The position numbers and the translations under genes are program-made. This document shows, piece by piece, positions 57,051 through 58,637 of a stretch of DNA of 58,637 nucleotides. The stretch lies in NCBI GenBank assembly GCA_963579235.1, contig CAUZFM010000001.1:1-58637 (forward strand), given 5' to 3'. Source of the DNA: an uncultured Candidatus Binatia bacterium (lineage in GTDB: Bacteria > Desulfobacterota > Binatia > UBA1149). The stretch's first letter is position 1; the number at the start of each line of letters is the position of its first letter. The notes under the pieces are model-generated. The model was not told the DNA's origin. It searched no databases and was given only the letters and a program-made list of their open reading frames with translations.

Positions 57051-57893
57051 TCAGGCTTCTTCCGAAATATCCCGGTACGAAACCAGGTCTATGTCTTCCC
57101 GCGCCGCGAGTTCCTTGCGAACCATGGGACTGGTGAGCGCGGCGGCCTCGCCCATGCCGTCGTAACGCGGCAGCAATGACCCAGGGTGACAGACCAACTC
57201 AGTGACGCCGCTCTTGAGCGAAGCGAGCAACTCGACCATGCCACCCTCGGTCACCGGACGATGACGGCCCAGGATCTCTACCCGGTCGGGTCCCCGGAAC
57301 CTGCCCGAGCGCAGTCGCCCCCAGGCAAGCGCGGGGCGCATAGCCGCGTTTTCGGCACGTCGCTCCCAGTCACCCACCACGAATTCCCTACTGTATTTCC
57401 AGGTCGGGCCGCAGGGCTTGCGCATGGCCCAGATGGGATACTCCAGCGACAGCTCCCTGAGTATAGACAGCACCGAGGGCAGAAGATGCAGGCCGTAGCT
57501 GCTCGAAACGTAGCTCAGTACGAGACCGCCGGACAAAAACTTCTCGACCTGGGCGCGAATTTCGGCACGCAGCTCCTGCTTCAGCCCACCGCCCCTGCGG
57601 TACAGCCACATGGCCTCCAGGGGGCGGTCCACGAAGCGGCCGCCCGCATCGACCAGGTTGGGTATGTGGCGCCGCGGAAGCGTGGACGTACCCTCGCACA
57701 ACACCAGGTGCAGACCCGTGCCCAGGCCCGAGCGCATGGAGGCCGAGACCATGGCCGACCGCGAAGCCGGACCGTTAACGCGCAGGCCCGTGCTCGAGAT
57801 GATCCCCGAGTCGTAACCGTCCATGACGGCGTCGTTCACCTCGGGGTACATGCCGAGGTCGTCCGCCGTTATGATTATTCCCTTGTCTGCCAT
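57051..57893 (-). CDS. YdjC/ChbG/HpnK-family carbohydrate deacetylase
   Basis: IIITADDLGMYPEVNDAV, GLHLVL and CHPG motifs. Confidence 0.8.
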   Translation of the reverse strand: MADKGIIITADDLGMYPEVNDAVMDGYDSGIISSTGLRVNGPASRSAMVSASMRSGLGTGLHLVLCEGTSTLPRRHIPNLVDAGGRFVDRPLEAMWLYRRGGGLKQELRAEIRAQVEKFLSGGLVLSYVSSSYGLHLLPSVLSILRELSLEYPIWAMRKPCGPTWKYSREFVVGDWERRAENAAMRPALAWGRLRSGRFRGPDRVEILGRHRPVTEGGMVELLASLKSGVTELVCHPGSLLPRYDGMGEAAALTSPMVRKELAAREDIDLVSYRDISEEA

Positions 57894-57924
57894 CGCCGTT
57901 GAAACCTAACCCCCCGGGCGGATA

Positions 57925-58637
57925 TCAGCCGTGGAGCTCCCTGGCAAGCAGACGCTTCTGGTAAAAGTTCTGCAGGTCGGCTCGCTTGAGCATACCTATG
58001 ACCCGCTTGGGATCGGATTCATCAACCACCGGCACCTGCTCCAGCCCGCGCGCGGTTATCAACTGCATGGCATCGTAAAGGTTATCCGAGCCTGAAACGG
58101 TCAGCACATCGGTCTCGGCCAGCTCGCCGACAATCAGAAACGGCCAGGCATCACGGTGCAACAGCACTGTCTTGAGTTCCTGCATACTGATTATCCCGGT
58201 CAACTCGTTGTCCCGGTTCACTACCGGAAAGTACACGTGATGGCTGTTGGTAACGTAGCGCACAAAATCAGTAACGGCCATCGACTCGGGAATCTGCTGG
58301 AAGTCCCTGCTCACCAGGCCCCGGACGTAAAGCCCCCTGAGCAGGTTGGCCTCGGCGCCAGCGTGTATGTCGAGTCCGCGACGACTGAGATCGAAGCTGT
58401 CTATGCTGTCGGTCATCAGGCGCCGGGCCACGAGGGTGGCCGTTATGGCGGTGATCATGATGGGCAGCACCACGTTGTAGTCCCTGGTCATTTCCCACAA
58501 CAGGAATATCGCGGTCATCGGCGCGTGCGTCGAGGCTGCCAGGAAAGCGCCCATACCGATGAGCCCGAAACTGCCACTTGCGCCCAGGGCCCCGGGTATG
58601 AGCATGTTCACCAGCGACGCAAAGCCCCCCCCGAACA
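57925..58637 (-). CDS. ClC-family chloride channel with C-terminal CBS pair (N-terminus beyond the window)
   Basis: GAFLAASTHAPMTAIFLLWEMTRDY, followed by two CBS motifs. The frame stays open to the window edge (..FGGGFASLVNM..). Confidence 0.85.
   Translation of the reverse strand, partial: FGGGFASLVNMLIPGALGASGSFGLIGMGAFLAASTHAPMTAIFLLWEMTRDYNVVLPIMITAITATLVARRLMTDSIDSFDLSRRGLDIHAGAEANLLRGLYVRGLVSRDFQQIPESMAVTDFVRYVTNSHHVYFPVVNRDNELTGIISMQELKTVLLHRDAWPFLIVGELAETDVLTVSGSDNLYDAMQLITARGLEQVPVVDESDPKRVIGMLKRADLQNFYQKRLLARELHG

Overview
GC-rich bacterial chromosomal segment with strong GC3 bias, so long antisense ORFs are common in the six-frame track. I support about 56 protein-coding genes. 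I recognised no rRNA, tRNA, CRISPR array, transposase or integrase. Most of the window is housekeeping. It holds hyuA/hyuB; proC-yggS-maf; a peptidoglycan-recycling block (slt, mpl, a class-C-like serine hydrolase, ldcA); groES-groEL; and the rpsP-KH-rimM-trmD-SPOUT-rplS operon. It also holds a 7-gene TPR/lipoprotein/Opp-type ABC operon, moaB-moaD-moaE, miaB, nth, asd, an Nramp transporter, mgtE and a partial ClC channel. Four observations stand out. (1) A DsbA-family lipoprotein has an in-frame TGA exactly at the first Cys of the CxxC motif (U-P-F-C) with a hairpin just downstream. It is a predicted selenoprotein that the ORF track splits into two ORFs. It sits between two UPF0104 flippase-like membrane genes. 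(2) A tightly coupled operon encodes a zinc-ribbon/TM/TPR protein, a CbbQ/NorQ-type AAA+ ATPase and a 1061-aa NorD/CbbO-type VWA protein, with no recognisable client enzyme nearby. (3) A 682-aa orphan protein carries colinear but highly divergent PEPCK(ATP)/HprK-like motifs and has a near-consensus promoter. It is divergent from a JAMM/MPN metalloprotease gene. (4) MoaD carries a 12-residue extension after its Gly-Gly terminus, which would need proteolytic maturation, and the JAMM gene lies 3.5 kb away. Gene content and order suggest a Deltaproteobacteria/Myxococcota-like lineage, but I cannot verify this without searches. All product calls rest on motif recognition by eye, with no BLAST or HMM run. 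Internal start sites were derived by codon arithmetic from the ORF track. Non-coding coordinates were read by eye and may be off by 1-2 nt.
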